From: Octopus vulgaris
Taxonomy: Eukaryota
Direction of reading: 5' to 3'
DNA: 64,000 nt
Assembly (NCBI GenBank): GCA_951406725.2
Contig: OX597838.1
Span: 2,914,001-2,978,000 of the forward strand
Under the pieces are notes generated by a model, which worked only from the letters and a program-made list of their open reading frames with translations, ran no database searches and was not told the origin of the DNA. How positions within the stretch are numbered: position 1 is the first letter of the stretch; each line of letters starts with the position of its first letter. A program made the translations under genes and the position numbers. Shown here one piece after another: positions 13,651-27,272 of this stretch.

Positions 13651-14713
13651 TACACAGGCTCTTTAGATAAATAGATAGATAGATATTAACGTGTTGCATT
13701 TTCTGTACGTGTGTTTGAATATTCCCTCTGTGTGTGTGTTGTGTGTGCGTGTGTGTATGTATGTGTGTGTATCTGAGTGAGTACGAAAGTGTTTGATCTT
13801 GTGTCTTTGTGTGTAGGGTATGTGTATATATGTGTATGTCTGTGTGTGTGAAATCGTTTGCTCTGGTGTCTTTGCGTATATACGTGTATGTGCATGCGTG
13901 TGTGTGTGTGTGTAAGTGTGTGTGTGTGCACGCACGCGCGTGTGTGTCACATTGTAGCTATACAATTCATATAACCGGTGTGGCATTGCTCCGAACACAA
14001 AGAACAAATATATAAAAAACAAGATGACAAGAAAAGGAAACAAAGAAACCAACTACATCCTGGCTAGGGCGTCAGTCGACCGCAAGAGGCAGCTCTCCTT
14101 ATAATGTCAAATTAAACAAATTGGCTGCCACTGTCCCACAAAACGAAATTGGGTGATATTGTGGAGGGTGAGATACGAACTCGTGAACGAAGTAATTGAA
14201 ACGTAATACAAATACCTCCTCAGCATCGCTTACAGTGTGTATGTTTATATGTATGCATATGAGTGTGTATGTGTGTATGTGCTCAAATGTGTGTGTCTAT
14301 ATATTTATGTATAGACACACACATACACACACGCGCACACAGAATCACATGTATATATACAATCCGTGTGTCACCGGATTATGTTTTAGTATTCTACACA
14401 TAGTTGCAAGCTGAAACCATATATATATATATATTTATATATATACACATATATATGCATACATACATACCGACACACACGCACACGCACATAGTTATAA
14501 ACATACGCACATTTATACATACATGCATACACGCACACACATATATATATATATATCGTTGGTTATTAATATACACGCACTCCTTAATTCATAAACACAA
14601 AAATCTATGAAATCACAATATATGGGATTTGTTTCTGGATAGACAGACAGACAGACAGACAGGCAGACAGACAGGCAGACAGATACATACATACATACAT
14701 TCATAGAGATTTG

Positions 14714-14754
<41 letters not shown>

Positions 14755-15140
14755 GTATATATAGATATAGATATAGATATATACGGATATGAGTGTGTGT
14801 GTATGTATATTGGTATTATATAATAATGCGTTGATATATTTAAATATATATACATAGTGTATGTGTATACGTATACCCGTGATAGTAAATGCTTACTTTT
14901 CACACACACACTCTCTCTCTCTCTCACACACATACACATACATACACAAACATACATGCATTCATACACACATACAGACACATACACACACATACACACA
15001 CACTTTACGTTTCATTTCTTCCACATCGACTTTTCGCATGGCTCTAATTAATTTTTAATTACATATTGAGCACTCTCACTAGAAAAAGAAAAAAAAAAGA
15101 TATTTCGTTTCACAGGAAAATTGAGATGTTCGCTAGGAAG

Positions 15141-15195
<55 letters not shown>

Positions 15196-15272
15196 GCATG
15201 CATGAATATACACAAACGCATTATATACATATATAAATACACACATATACAGATACCCCCCCACACACACGG

Positions 15273-15317
<45 letters not shown>

Positions 15318-15359
15318 TACACACATACACACACTGTCCATTTATATGTATGTAAATGT

Positions 15360-15554
15360 GTGTACTTTAATACAAACACACACACATACTTTCATACACA
15401 CACGCACACACACACACACTTACATGCACACACACAGACACACACACATATATATTTATATATACATACATACACACACTACCGACACACACACACACAT
15501 ATATATATACATAAAAAAAGATACACACACTACATACACACACTACACACTACA

Positions 15555-15600
<46 letters not shown>

Positions 15601-15628
15601 CATATATACATACATACACACACTACAA

Positions 15629-15659
<31 letters not shown>

Positions 15660-15800
15660 CATATATACATACATACACACACTACAAACACACACACACA
15701 CGCACATATATATATATATATATATACATACACACACACTACGGACCCGCACACACATATATATATATATACATATATACATACATACACACACTACAAA

Positions 15801-15831
<31 letters not shown>

Positions 15832-15850
15832 TACGGACCCGCACACGCAC
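15360..15850. repeat. Compound minisatellite built from (CA)n/(TA)n blocks
   Basis: Recurring anchor tacatacacacactac followed by aaac, agac or ggaccc, roughly every 60-120 bp. Confidence 0.75.
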
Positions 15851-15973
15851 CCACGAGCACATACGCTGGATACACAGACACACACGAAGAGGAGAAAAAG
15901 ACTGGACAACTTACAGCTTTAGTTTTGTGCTCCGCTCCGTAACCCGTGTTGTTGTTGTTGCCGTTGCTGTAGC

Positions 15974-16024
<51 letters not shown>

Positions 16025-16785
16025 TAGTGAGTTAGTTAATGTTGGCGGTTGTAAATAGTTGCCCTTGGCGATGACCACAGCGGACAGCGGAGAGTGGACA
16101 CCGCAGCGACTCGCGTCGTCTTTTGATGTATGTATGAATGTAAGTGTGTGCGGTCGGCGTGTGTGGGCTGTTGTAGTGTGGTGGTTACTGTAGTGGTTTG
16201 GGCAGTAGTATGAGTGGCTGTGTAAGTAGTTATAGCAGTATTGCCCGTAGTGTTGCGGTGGTTGTTGTCACGCTATCAGTTATAGTTTTAACAAGCAGTG
16301 TTGTCTGTCAGTAGGGGGGAGGGATAGTATTGGCAGTTGTATATGTGGTTATATCACTGCTGTTGTTGTTGTTGTTGTTGTAGTATTACCAGTAATAGAT
16401 GTTGTATTGGCGGTAGTAGTCGTAGTGTAGGACGCGCTAGTGGTACAATTTAGGGGTTGGTGCTATTCTATCGGTTGTGGTGCGTGTATTTATCGCGGTG
16501 TGATGTTTGTTGTGCTGGTGTTGGTAGGTGTGGTGGTTGTGGTAGTAGTTGTGTCGATAGCGTTGTTTTGTAGTAGCGGCTATAGTAGTTTGCGGTGCGG
16601 TGTCTGTGTGTCTGTATTTTCTGTCTATAGTACACGTCGTTCCGATGTTTGTAGTAGCGGCTATAGTAGTTTGCGGTGTCTGCGTAAACTGTCTATAGTA
16701 CAGCTTCTAGCGTCGTTTAGTGATGTTTGCAGTAGCGGCTCTAGTAGTCAGTGTCTGTCTCTTTGTCTATAATACATGTCGTAGT

Positions 16786-16828
<43 letters not shown>

Positions 16829-17434
16829 CAGTGATTTTAGTAACTGTATCGGTTTCTGTCGAGGTGGTGTTTGTAGCGGTGTTTGAGGTGGTTGTGGCTA
16901 CAGTTGAACGTAATACTGTCTATAGCTACTCTAGGCTGTTGCTTATGCGATAGTACATACTGGGTGGTTGACTACTTGTTGTGGTTGTGTTGTAGTAGTA
17001 CTACCTTCTTTGGGTACCTATGTTTGTTGTTGTTTTGTGTGTCTTTTTATATATGTTTTTTTCTTTGAATGTTTTGTTGTTGTTTTTTTTGTCTTTGTTG
17101 CACGACGGGAAAGAAATAAAGAAAAACAGTATAGGTTGTAGTAGTTGCAGTGGTGGTCGTTGCAGTAGTAGCGGTGATAGTAGTACTAGTCCAGTTTTAA
17201 ACATCCAGTTTTTAGTTCATTCAGATATTTTTCGCGTTTCTTTTTTTGCTTGTTTGTTTTTTTTTTTTTACGTTTTGTCTTTCTGTTTTTCTTTTCTTTT
17301 CTTTTTGTTTTGTTTTTGTTTTGGGTTTTTTTGGCCGAAGAAGAAGAAGAAGAAGAAGAAGAAGAAGAAGAAGAAGAAGAAGAAGAAGAAGAAGAAGAAG
17401 AAGAAGAAGAAGAAGAAGGAATCAGAATAGGAAA

Positions 17435-17466
<32 letters not shown>

Positions 17467-17639
17467 TGAATTGAAAGGTGGTGGTGGTGGTCGTGGTGGG
17501 GTGGGTGCCATATGTTGAGACGCCGTCCCGAGACTATTTCATGTTGGAACCAAATCTTGGTTGCAAAAACCCCGACTGCAACCGTTCTGACCGTCAAATT
17601 CGCTTCCACACACTGGCATTGGACGCTCTCTCTATCGAA

Positions 17640-18468
17640 TCTCTCTCTCTCTCCCTATCAGTCTCTCTCTCTTTCTCATCCGTTCTCTCTCTTGCTCTCT
17701 CTCTCGCTCTTGCTCTCTCTCTCTCTCTCTCTCTTTCCCTCTGTGCGTCTTTCTCTTCCTCTTTGCTGTTATTACTGTTGTCTGCCGTTGTTCTCTCTCT
17801 CCCTCTGTCTTTCTGTCTCTCCTTCTCTCTCTATCTTCCTCTCTCTCTCTCTCTCTCTGCCTTCTCTTTCGCTCTTTCTCTCTCTCTCTCTCTCTCTCTC
17901 TGATCTTATACCTATCTGCCTATCTTTCTATCTATCTAACTGTTTATTCTGTCTGTATGTCTGTCTGTCTGTCTATCCATTCTAATCGTTACCTCTCTCT
18001 CTCTCTCTCTCTCTTTGTCACTCTATCTATCTATCTATCTTAACTTCTCTCACACTTTCTCTTACTACTTCTCCCATCTTCTCCTCTTCCTTTCTTCCTT
18101 TCCTTTATTCTATCGCTTCTTCTCCTCTCCTTCCCTCCCTTTCACCTTCCTCTCTCTCTCTCTCCTCTTCTAATTCTCTCCACGTGCCGTCACTCAATAA
18201 TTCTTGCTCTCTCACACACAAACACACACACACCCTTTCACCCTTTCACTCTCTCTCTCACTCCCTCTCTCTTTCTCGCTCTCTCTCTCTCCCTCTTTCA
18301 CTTTCTTTCTCTCTCCCTTTCTCATTCTCTATTAAACTAACACACACATTCTCTCCCTCTCTCCCTCTCTCCCTCTCTCCTTTCCACTCTCATTTTCGTC
18401 CTTTTCGTCCTTCTTTATTTTCTGTTCGTCTGTCATTTCTTTTACTGCATCCTTGCTCTCCCTCTCCC

Positions 18469-18519
<51 letters not shown>

Positions 18520-18900
18520 CTATCTATTTCTATTTCTCTATCTATCTGTTTATCACTATCTATCTATCTATCCCATCTCTCTTTCTATCTCCCTCTATCT
18601 ACCTACCTACCTACCTATCTTTCTATCCCTCCCTCTATCTATCTATCTATCTATCTATCTGTCTATTTCTCTTTCTCTCAGTTCTTTTTCTTCCTTTTCT
18701 TCTTCCTACTGCACTACCCCTCTCCACCCCTCTCCACCCCTCTCCACCCCTCTCTTTCTCTCTCCCTTCCTCTCTCTCTGATCCGCTATTCATCGATCTC
18801 TACTTATTCCCCCATATCTCTTTCTCCCCTCTCTCTTTCTCTCTCTTTCTCTCTCCCTCTCTTTCCCTCTCTCTCTCTCTCTCTCTCTCTTTCTTCTAAC
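17640..18900. repeat. Long polypyrimidine/(CT)n/(CTAT)n tract
   Basis: About 1.3 kb of strongly strand-biased C/T sequence. Confidence 0.95.
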
Positions 18901-19133
18901 CTTCCATACTTGTTGCTGATGTTCATACTATCACTACTGCAGTTATTACTACTTCTACTACTACTACTACTGCTACACTGTTACCACTCATACACCTCTG
19001 CAACTACTACTACTACTACTACTGATACTACTAATGTAGCTATTATTACTGATACTATCCCTAATGCAGATATTACTACTACCACGACTACGATTGCTAC
19101 CATTACTACTACAACTGCTATCACCAATGCTAC

Positions 19134-19182
<49 letters not shown>

Positions 19183-19216
19183 TGCTGTTGTTGTTATTGT
19201 GGTAGTAGTCGTAGTC

Positions 19217-19261
<45 letters not shown>

Positions 19262-20046
19262 TGACAACCATCAGTACGGCCGCTATTACTACAATCACCA
19301 CGACCACCACTACTACTACCACCACGACCACCATTACTACTACTACCACCACCACCACTGCTACAACTACTACTACTACTTTGGTATGACCACCAAGTCG
19401 AGGATATTTTCAAGGTTATCCTCTCTTCACTAATCATTGTTAGTGATGCTTCCCTTCTTTTTTTTTTTTCTTCTTTCTAAACTTTTGTAGAAAACGATCT
19501 TTGTCCTGATTCCTGTCTGAAAAATCCACTCCCGGGTTCCCCCACCCCACCCCCTTCTTTGTGGATGTTTGGCCTTCACTCTACTGGCATCGAACCATCT
19601 CTGCACTCCTCAGTCCTTCTCTCACCGCATCCTCGCCGCAACTTCTTAGGATCTTCAGTAACACCCACCCACCCACCCATCCCCACCGAAGTCAGGTAGC
19701 AATGCGAAACCATACTCTGGTCTTCTTGATCGAGTCACAGAAATATTTCACAGGGGCACTCCTCAAACGATGACAATCTTCAAGTTCAAAGTACAGGAAT
19801 CTGTTTGGGTATTCTCGTACCTGGCTTCCCTTTTTTACACCTGCCCCAGCCATCGGAGACGATGTCTTTCAATGGTGGCCTGGAATTCAGTAACTTTTGT
19901 TTTTGTCGCTACTTTATTGCAATGGTGTTTCAAAAACAAGAAAGCAAAACATAAAATTCTCGTTTTATAACACTATAAATGACATATGTAATTTTTATAT
20001 AAAATCTTTAAATTTTATGAGGGACAACGATAATCCTTTCAACTAT

Positions 20047-20229
20047 AGGCACAATTCCTGAAATTTGGGGGTAGAGGACCAGTCGATTAACTGGTACTTA
20101 CTTAATCAACCCCGAAAGGATGAAAGGCAAAGTCGACTTCACGGAATTTGAACTCATAACGTAGCGGCAGCCGAAATACCGCTAAGCATTTCGCCCGGCG
20201 TGCTAACGATTCTGCCAGCTCGCCGCCTT
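20047..20229 (-). mobile_element. SINE family B
   Basis: cccgaaaggatgaaaggcaaagtcgac...gctaacgattctgccagctcgccgcctt. Confidence 0.92.
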
Positions 20230-20249
20230 TGATGGACAACTACAATGGA

Positions 20250-21610
20250 GGGAGATACGTGTTTACCTGCCATATTACCTAAGTCTAGTTTTATGGCTTT
20301 CATGTATGAGGTTACACGTTTATGCTTAAGTATGAGGAGCTGCTCCGACTTCAATGATGGCAACTTATTCTCCTATTTGACGTCCAAACTCAGTTTTGTT
20401 TTATGAAACCTCAATTTTGGGACATATGCAAATGGCGACGATACAAATAGCGATGTTAAGCCAAGTTTCTGCAACACCCTGTCACGTGTAATTACGTCAG
20501 AACTATCCAGTGATAAACTTCTCTCCGTGGCTGATTCCAACATCCCATGCGGAGAACGTCTGCAATAAGTGGACAAGCATCATCGGAAACCAGTTTCTCA
20601 AACCCAGCCGCCGCAGGAGTCCCAATGGTTCTCGCTTGAAAACCGCAGTATTTTCTACTAAAGTATCGGTAGTGAAGTTCTTATGTCGTCAACAGAATCA
20701 AGACTGGTTTGAGGAACTCCAAGGCGATGCCCAGTTAGAGAATCCAGAACGACTGATGAGACGGTTAACGAAATCGAAAGCTGTCCAAGATTGTGATTTC
20801 ACTTCCATTCAGTTCTATGAATCATTCGTTGTGAAGGCGGCACCAACACCAATAAAGGCTGAAGACAGTTGTATATTCAGAGATGACGTAACGGTTCGGC
20901 AACCAATGGAATTGACCGCTGATAGCTTCTCATGACTCTTATATTAATAAGCTCACGTTCCCTAAATCGATATTACTAGCAAATTGCCCATCCCGAAAGG
21001 AACTGGTCACTGCCATCGATCAGATTCGTAGCCAGAAAACTTCTGGTCTTGATTCCATTTCCGCTGAGGAGTACAAGCAAAGAGTATTTTTCAGGATCAA
21101 CTTTCGCCACCTGATTCTATAAATATAGTAACAAAGACCTATGCGTAGCGACTTTAAAGAGGTCGACATTGTGGCTATCTTTGAGAAAGGTAGTTGTTTT
21201 GTCTGAGGAAACTACAGTGGCGGGGTGGGGCATCTTTTTGTTATCATCTGCTGATAAGATTTTATCTTAGATACTCCTGAATCGGTTCAACAGACTTTTT
21301 GTTCTCAATGGCGCACAACTAATATGATTGGCGGTGCCAAACAGCATCAAGAAAAGGCGAAGAAATAGCAGGAACCTTTTTTTTTTTTTTTGGTGGATGA
21401 GTTTTATCCTCTGTTATTTGGATTAAGTCTCTGGCACAGTGCAAAGACTCATTTTATGGAATATACTCAAGAAATTCGGTTATTGTACACCATTTCACCC
21501 ATCTGGTTCATACTGACATAAAAGAGTGAGTATCGTACCATGATGAACTCATTCTTGAATTCAACAGAAGCAGTCGTGTAAAAGAGGGATGCCTAATCAA
21601 ACCTGCCCTG
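20250..21610 (+). mobile_element. Decayed RTE-clade LINE (linker and reverse transcriptase)
   Basis: Collinear degenerate motifs QQNQDWFEE, AIDQIRSQKTSGLDSISAE, DFKEVDIVAIFEKG..GNY, GIFLLSSADKILS*ILLNR, LWNILKKFG, VKEGCLIKPAL; several stops and frameshifts. Confidence 0.85.
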
Positions 21611-21631
21611 GGTTTAACATATATAAACTCT

Positions 21632-21750
21632 GCTTACGGTCATATCACGCTGAATGCACCGATTCTCGTCCGATCACCGAAGTTAAGCAACGTCTACCCC
21701 AGTTAGTACTTAAATGGGTGAGCGCTTGGGAAACCTGGGTGCCGTAAGTC
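21632..21750 (+). pseudogene. 5S rRNA pseudogene (full length, about 119 nt)
   Basis: gcttacggtcatatcacgctgaatgcacc...cgaagttaagcaacgtc...gttagtacttaaatgggtgagcgcttgggaaacctgggtgccgtaagt; terminal helix GCTTACGGT/GCCGTAAGT intact, box C mutated (TAAATGG for TGGATGG), no oligo-T terminator, single copy. Confidence 0.9.
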
Positions 21751-21756
21751 TCTCAC

Positions 21757-21965
21757 TGACGAACTGGCAGAATCGTTAACATTCCGGGAAAATACTTAGT
21801 GGCATTTCGTCCGTCTTTACGTTCTGAGTAGAAATTTCTCCAAGGTAGACTTTGCCTTTCATCCTTTCGGGGTCGATAAAACAAGTACCAGTTGAGCACT
21901 GTGGTGGTGTAATCGACTTGCCCACTTCCTCAAAATTGCCGGCATTGTGCCGAAATTTGAAACCA
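21757..21965 (+). mobile_element. SINE family B directly after the 5S copy
   Basis: gacgaactggcagaatcgttaac...gcctttcatcctttcggggtcgataaaacaagtaccag. Confidence 0.9.
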
Positions 21966-22623
21966 ATGTATATAAATGCCGAAATATTGAAGATAATCCG
22001 TGACTCCAAGCTTGCAATTGCCATTCAATGGTTTTGCTGTAGTGAAAGGTTTTTGAACATCCGACATTCAAAGCAAAAACGAAAACATTAGTTCCAAGGC
22101 CTTGATATGTCAGCCACAATATTCTGAAGACAAGAACTCTCTCCTCACTTAATGAAACCAATTTCCGAATCATTTTTGATGTTTTTGTCCTCGTTTGTTC
22201 GACGTTTAACCTCGAGGTTTAAGCGTCGCAGTCAGTTTAGCAAAATCCCGGACATTTGTCCAATATCCACCAACAACCAAAACAAAACAAAAAAAAAAAC
22301 AAACAGAAGACGTCTTCAAATTACTACCCAAGGGGGTGGGTTCGGTCGAATAGGTCCCACTTTTATCTTTTCGACAGAATCTTATCTAACTCTTGGTTTT
22401 TTTTTATGATAATGATGGTGACATCAACCGACTACAAGATGTTCACAAATCCTTTCTGCTCCCGTCACCCAGTGTCTTTCACAATCGTGTCCTGAGGCAT
22501 GAACTAAACGTCACGGTACATTAGGGGCTGCTGTGCAAAATCGATACCGTTTCCCATGGATATTTTATCTCCCACCATTCCATGGTGGGTACCGTACCAT
22601 TTGATTACTGTACCAATATCAAT

Positions 22624-22684
<61 letters not shown>

Positions 22685-22708
22685 ACTACTGCTGCTGCTG
22701 CTGCTTCT

Positions 22709-22958
22709 GAAACGCATCATAGAGCCCCAAAAGTGAGTCTGGTACCTATTGTGATCGGTGCGCTTGGGAGCGTCTCAAAGCAAACAGTTGTCTGGCATCA
22801 GAAGCTGTAAGTTCCAAACTTGTCAGGAAGTATTTAGTTGGCAGCAAAACTTGGAACATTGCTGCGTTTGTTGAGGGAATTGTTGCGTCTGGAAGGAGCT
22901 GAAGACACGTGACATCGATAAATCAGAAGATTGGGAAATTAATAATTATTATTATTAT
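22709..22958 (+). mobile_element. R4/Dong-like (RLE-clade) LINE 3' fragment
   Basis: KVSLVPIVIGALGSVSKQ...AAKLGTLLRLLRELL matches the VPIVIGALG/LGTxxILR terminus; followed by a short TAA/TAT tract. Confidence 0.75.
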
Positions 22959-22969
22959 TTCAAGTTTTT

Positions 22970-23466
22970 GCTCCAAGGCGAGCTTCGAGAGGTGGGGATG
23001 AGACGACCCCAGTGTACAACTGGTACTTATTTTATCGACCTCGAAAGGAGGAAAGGCAAAGTCGATCTCGGCGGAATTTGAACTCAAAATGTAACGAAGG
23101 GCGAAATACCTATTTCTTTACTACCCACAAGGGGCTTAACACAGAGAGGACAAACAAGGACAGACAAACGGATTAAGTCGATTATATTGACCTCAGTGCG
23201 TAACTGGTACCTATTTAATCGACCCCGAAAGGAAGAAAGACAAAATCGACCACGGCGGAATTTGAACTCAGAACGTAGCGGCAGACGAAGCATTTCGCCC
23301 GGCGTGCTAACGACTCCGCCAGCTCGCCGCCTTATAATAGCAACAACCACAGCAATAATAATAATATTAGTAGAAGACACTTGCCCAAGGTGCCACGCAG
23401 TGGAACTGAACCCGGAACCACGTGGTTGGGAAGCGCGCTTCTTACCACACAGCCACTCCTGCGCCT

Positions 23467-23512
<46 letters not shown>

Positions 23513-23710
23513 CATTATTATTGCGCAGCGTAAAATGCTTAGCGGCATTTCGTCCGTTTTTACATTTTAAATTCAATTTCCGCCGAGGTCGACTTTACCT
23601 TTCATTCTTTCGAAATCGATAAAGTAAGTACCAGTTGAACACTGGGGTCGATGTGATCGACTAGTCCCCCTCTCCCAAAATTTCAGGCCTTGTGCCTTTA
23701 GTAGAAAGCA
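22970..23710. mobile_element. Cluster of SINE fragments
   Basis: B(-) 22970-23105, B(-) 23110-23333, A head(-) 23370-23466, (TAT)n, B(+) 23525-23710; each block matches other copies in the window. Confidence 0.88.
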
Positions 23711-23773
23711 TTATTATTGTTATTATTATTATTATTATTATATAAAAAAAAGGAGGATATCTGCTACTGATGG

Positions 23774-23810
<37 letters not shown>

Positions 23811-24029
23811 ACAACTAATGCCGTTTTATGTAGTTATTATTTGACTCCCGACTCGTTACAATCAGGAGTCAAATGAGGGACAATCAAAACTTGACCACCA
23901 CCTCTGCTTTATTTTTTCTTTTTATTTCCATTTCCATTCACCAATCGTTCACTTGAGAATGCATAACACCATGTCCTATCTTAAATACTGTGTGTGTGTG
24001 TCGGTGATTTGGCTGCTATTTCCAGCAGT

Positions 24030-24233
24030 TTATGCCACCACGAAGAGGCCTCTCCGATTACGGCTGAAACTAAAAGTGCTGCTGAGGCTGCAACTGTTGC
24101 TGCTAGTCTTACTACTAATAACACTGCCGCTGCTGCTGCTGCCGCTGCTGCTGCTGCTGCTGCCGCTGCTGGTAATGTTATATTTATTACTACTAATACT
24201 ACTGCTGCTGTTGTTGTTACTACTGACATTACT

Positions 24234-24265
<32 letters not shown>

Positions 24266-24341
24266 TGCTGTTGTTACTAGTACTACAACTATTACTACTG
24301 CTTCTACTACTGCTGCTGCAGGGGATGATGGTGAGGACGAC

Positions 24342-24374
<33 letters not shown>

Positions 24375-24525
24375 TTCTAATATCGTAACTGTTGTATGTG
24401 TTGTTGTTGTTGCTGTTGTCAATATTTGTGTCCTGCTGCTGCTGCTGCTGCTGTTGCCGCTGTTCATTTTTTGCTGCTGTTGCTTCAATTGCAACACCTT
24501 CAGCAGCTATAACGGTTTCCCGCTA

Positions 24526-24567
<42 letters not shown>

Positions 24568-24575
24568 CATTACTA

Positions 24576-24608
<33 letters not shown>

Positions 24609-24782
24609 TTACTACTACTACTACTACTACTATTACTACTACTGCTGCTGCTGCTACTGTTGCTGATGCTACTACTACTACTTCTACTACTGCTTCTACT
24701 ACTACTACTACTACTACTACTACCACTACTACCACTACTACTGCTGCTGCTGCTGCTGCTACCATTACTACTACTACTGCTG

Positions 24783-24827
<45 letters not shown>

Positions 24828-24838
24828 TTACTACTGCG

Positions 24839-24875
<37 letters not shown>

Positions 24876-25630
24876 ATTGCTGCTGCTATTGCTGCTGCTA
24901 CCATTATTGTTGCTGCTGCTGCTATTGCTGCTGCTGCTGTCGCTGCTGCTGCTTTCGCTGCTGCTGCTGCTGCCACTATTACAACTATTGCACCTTCGTG
25001 TTACCTACCCCCCATGCCATGCTGCGGCTGCTATTCTACTGCTGCTGCTGCTGCTGCTGCTACCGCTGTTACATCTGCCGTTACAACACGATGTTACAGC
25101 TGCTGCTGCTGCTGCTGTTACAGATTTGTTTCCCACATGTTGCATCCACCCTTACCACATGCTGTCGTTACTGCTGACGACACTGCGACTGCAACAGTTT
25201 GGTGTTGCTGCAGTTGCTGCACCTTACTGCGGCTTTGCGCTTCTGTCACTGCAGCTGTTGCAATTATTACAACGCGATATTACTGCAGTTGGTGCAGTAA
25301 GCGCAGCTCGATGTTACTCTTACAACCGCAGTTGCATTTGCTGCAGTTTGATGTTACTGCCACTGCAGTTGCTGCAGCTGTCGTGACTTGATGCATGTGT
25401 TACTGCAGTTATTTCACTCAGCGCAGCTAGGCTACACTAACTGCAGTTTGGTGTTCCTCTCCCTGCAGCCGCTGCACCTATTATAACTTGATGATACGGC
25501 AATTAAAACGATTTGGTGTCACAGTCACTGCAGTTGCAGTCACAGTCGCTGCAGCTGCTGTTACAATTACTGCAGTTGTTGTTACAACCTCTGCAGTTTT
25601 TTGTCACAGCCGCTGCCGTTCTTGCAGTTA
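24030..25630. repeat. Mosaic trinucleotide array (CTG/CTA/GAT/GTT) decaying into TGCAGTT-rich sequence
   Basis: Direct inspection. Confidence 0.92.
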
Positions 25631-25670
25631 TAGCAAGACAAGATACAATGAGTGTGAAGAGATATATACT

Positions 25671-26069
25671 CTTTTGCTTGTTTCAGTAATTTGACTGCGG
25701 CCATGCTGGAGCACCGCCTTTAATCGAGCAAATCGACCCCGGGACTTATTCTTTGTAAGCCCAGTACTTATTCTATCGGTCTCTTTTGCCGAACCGCTAA
25801 GTGACGGGGACGTAAACACACCAGCATCGGTTGTCAAGCAATGCTAGGGGGACAAACACAGACACACAAACACACACACACATATATATATATATATACA
25901 TATATACGACAGGCTTCTTTCAGTTTCCGTCTACCAAATCCACTCACAAGGCATTGGTCGGCCCGGGGCTATAGCAGAAGACACTTGCCCAAGATGCCAC
26001 GCAGTGGGACTGAACCCGGAACCATGTGGTTGGTTAGCAAGCTACTTACCACACAGCCACTCCTGCGCC
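25671..26069 (-). mobile_element. SINE family A, full-length young copy
   Basis: Near-exact reverse complement of 32709-33130. Confidence 0.96.
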
Positions 26070-26240
26070 TATATGTGTACCAAGTTGATGTGAGCAGGTG
26101 GCGGAGGTGGAATATTGATAATTCAAAGTTGCAGATGCAGCTGGTAGTATTAGTTGTTGTTGCTTACACACATGCACGCATACATACATACATACATACA
26201 TACATACATACATACATACATACATACATACATACATACA

Positions 26241-26274
<34 letters not shown>

Positions 26275-26495
26275 CATACATATATGCAGCACGAAGCTTT
26301 GTCAGTGAACAGGTCGCGGTCTTAAAGCGACGAAAATATTTTGACAATTTAAATTTAAATGTTGAAGTGAATCGAACGGATTTTGTGTGTTTCTTAAATG
26401 GCTTATAAACACCTTCCACGCTGCAATTGTTTTCGTTCCAGCACACGATCTCAGATCAAGTCACTCGCTATACAACTACATCTCCGTAATATATA

Positions 26496-26551
<56 letters not shown>

Positions 26552-27272
26552 TATATATTATATATATATTTACCAAAACATAAGATTGGACTATTTTTGA
26601 TAATATTTATTCGCCATTCCACATGTTTCGTTTACTAATAGGATTTACAAAATTGTACATGTAATAGAAACAATATAAGATATCCCCGATTAGAACCTCT
26701 TCAGACAAAGAATTAAATAATGTTATAATACAGTATTGTGGGTGGGGGGTATGTGTGTTTGTGTGTGAATGTGTACGTGTGTGTACGTGTGTGTGAGCGT
26801 GTGCGTGTATGTATGTGTGCGTGTGTATGTGCGTGTACGTGTGTGTGTGCGTGTACGTGCGTGTGTGCGTGTGTGCGTGTATGTGTGTGTGTGCGCGTGT
26901 GTGCGTCTGTGTGGGTGTGAATGTGTGTGTATGTGTTTTATTTAGTTCCCATCATCTTTGTTTGATTAAGTTGTTGGTCGATAGCGTTCCAACCATGGAT
27001 GTCCACCCTTTTTCCTCATTGTATTTCGTCGGTTTCAATCCCTTGAGATTGTGGGCATCACTTTAAAATGGGACCCCAATCTAAACTTTTTGACGAGGGG
27101 TTAACCTTAATTGACCCTCAGGTGTTACCCAGCCCTTAACAATGTTTCATATGTCGGGTGGGGGGAGTGTTATTCATAAGAAAACATTAGGAGTCCTATC
27201 ATTTGTAGCAAGGTTTATGTTGCTCTTGAATAAGGGCCAAAAGGGTTTCTTTGGTAATTGTAGTCGTTATTT

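Noticed and set aside
16570-16750. CRISPR-like spaced repeats
   Set aside because: Eukaryotic context, spacers resemble each other, no cas genes; a degenerate minisatellite
17535-17560. KIWFQH peptide resembling homeodomain helix 3
   Set aside because: Lacks the invariant Asn, the following basic residues and helices 1-2; likely chance
18184-19389. 401-aa Ser/Leu/Thr-rich ORF
   Set aside because: (CT)n plus (ACT)n repeats
21632-21750. Functional 5S rRNA gene
   Set aside because: Box C and helix substitutions, no T-run terminator, not in an array
25628-26308. Recurring ORFs such as MTTDAGVFTSPSLSGS and RQASFSFRLPNPLT as a gene family
   Set aside because: Incidental reading frames of SINE A
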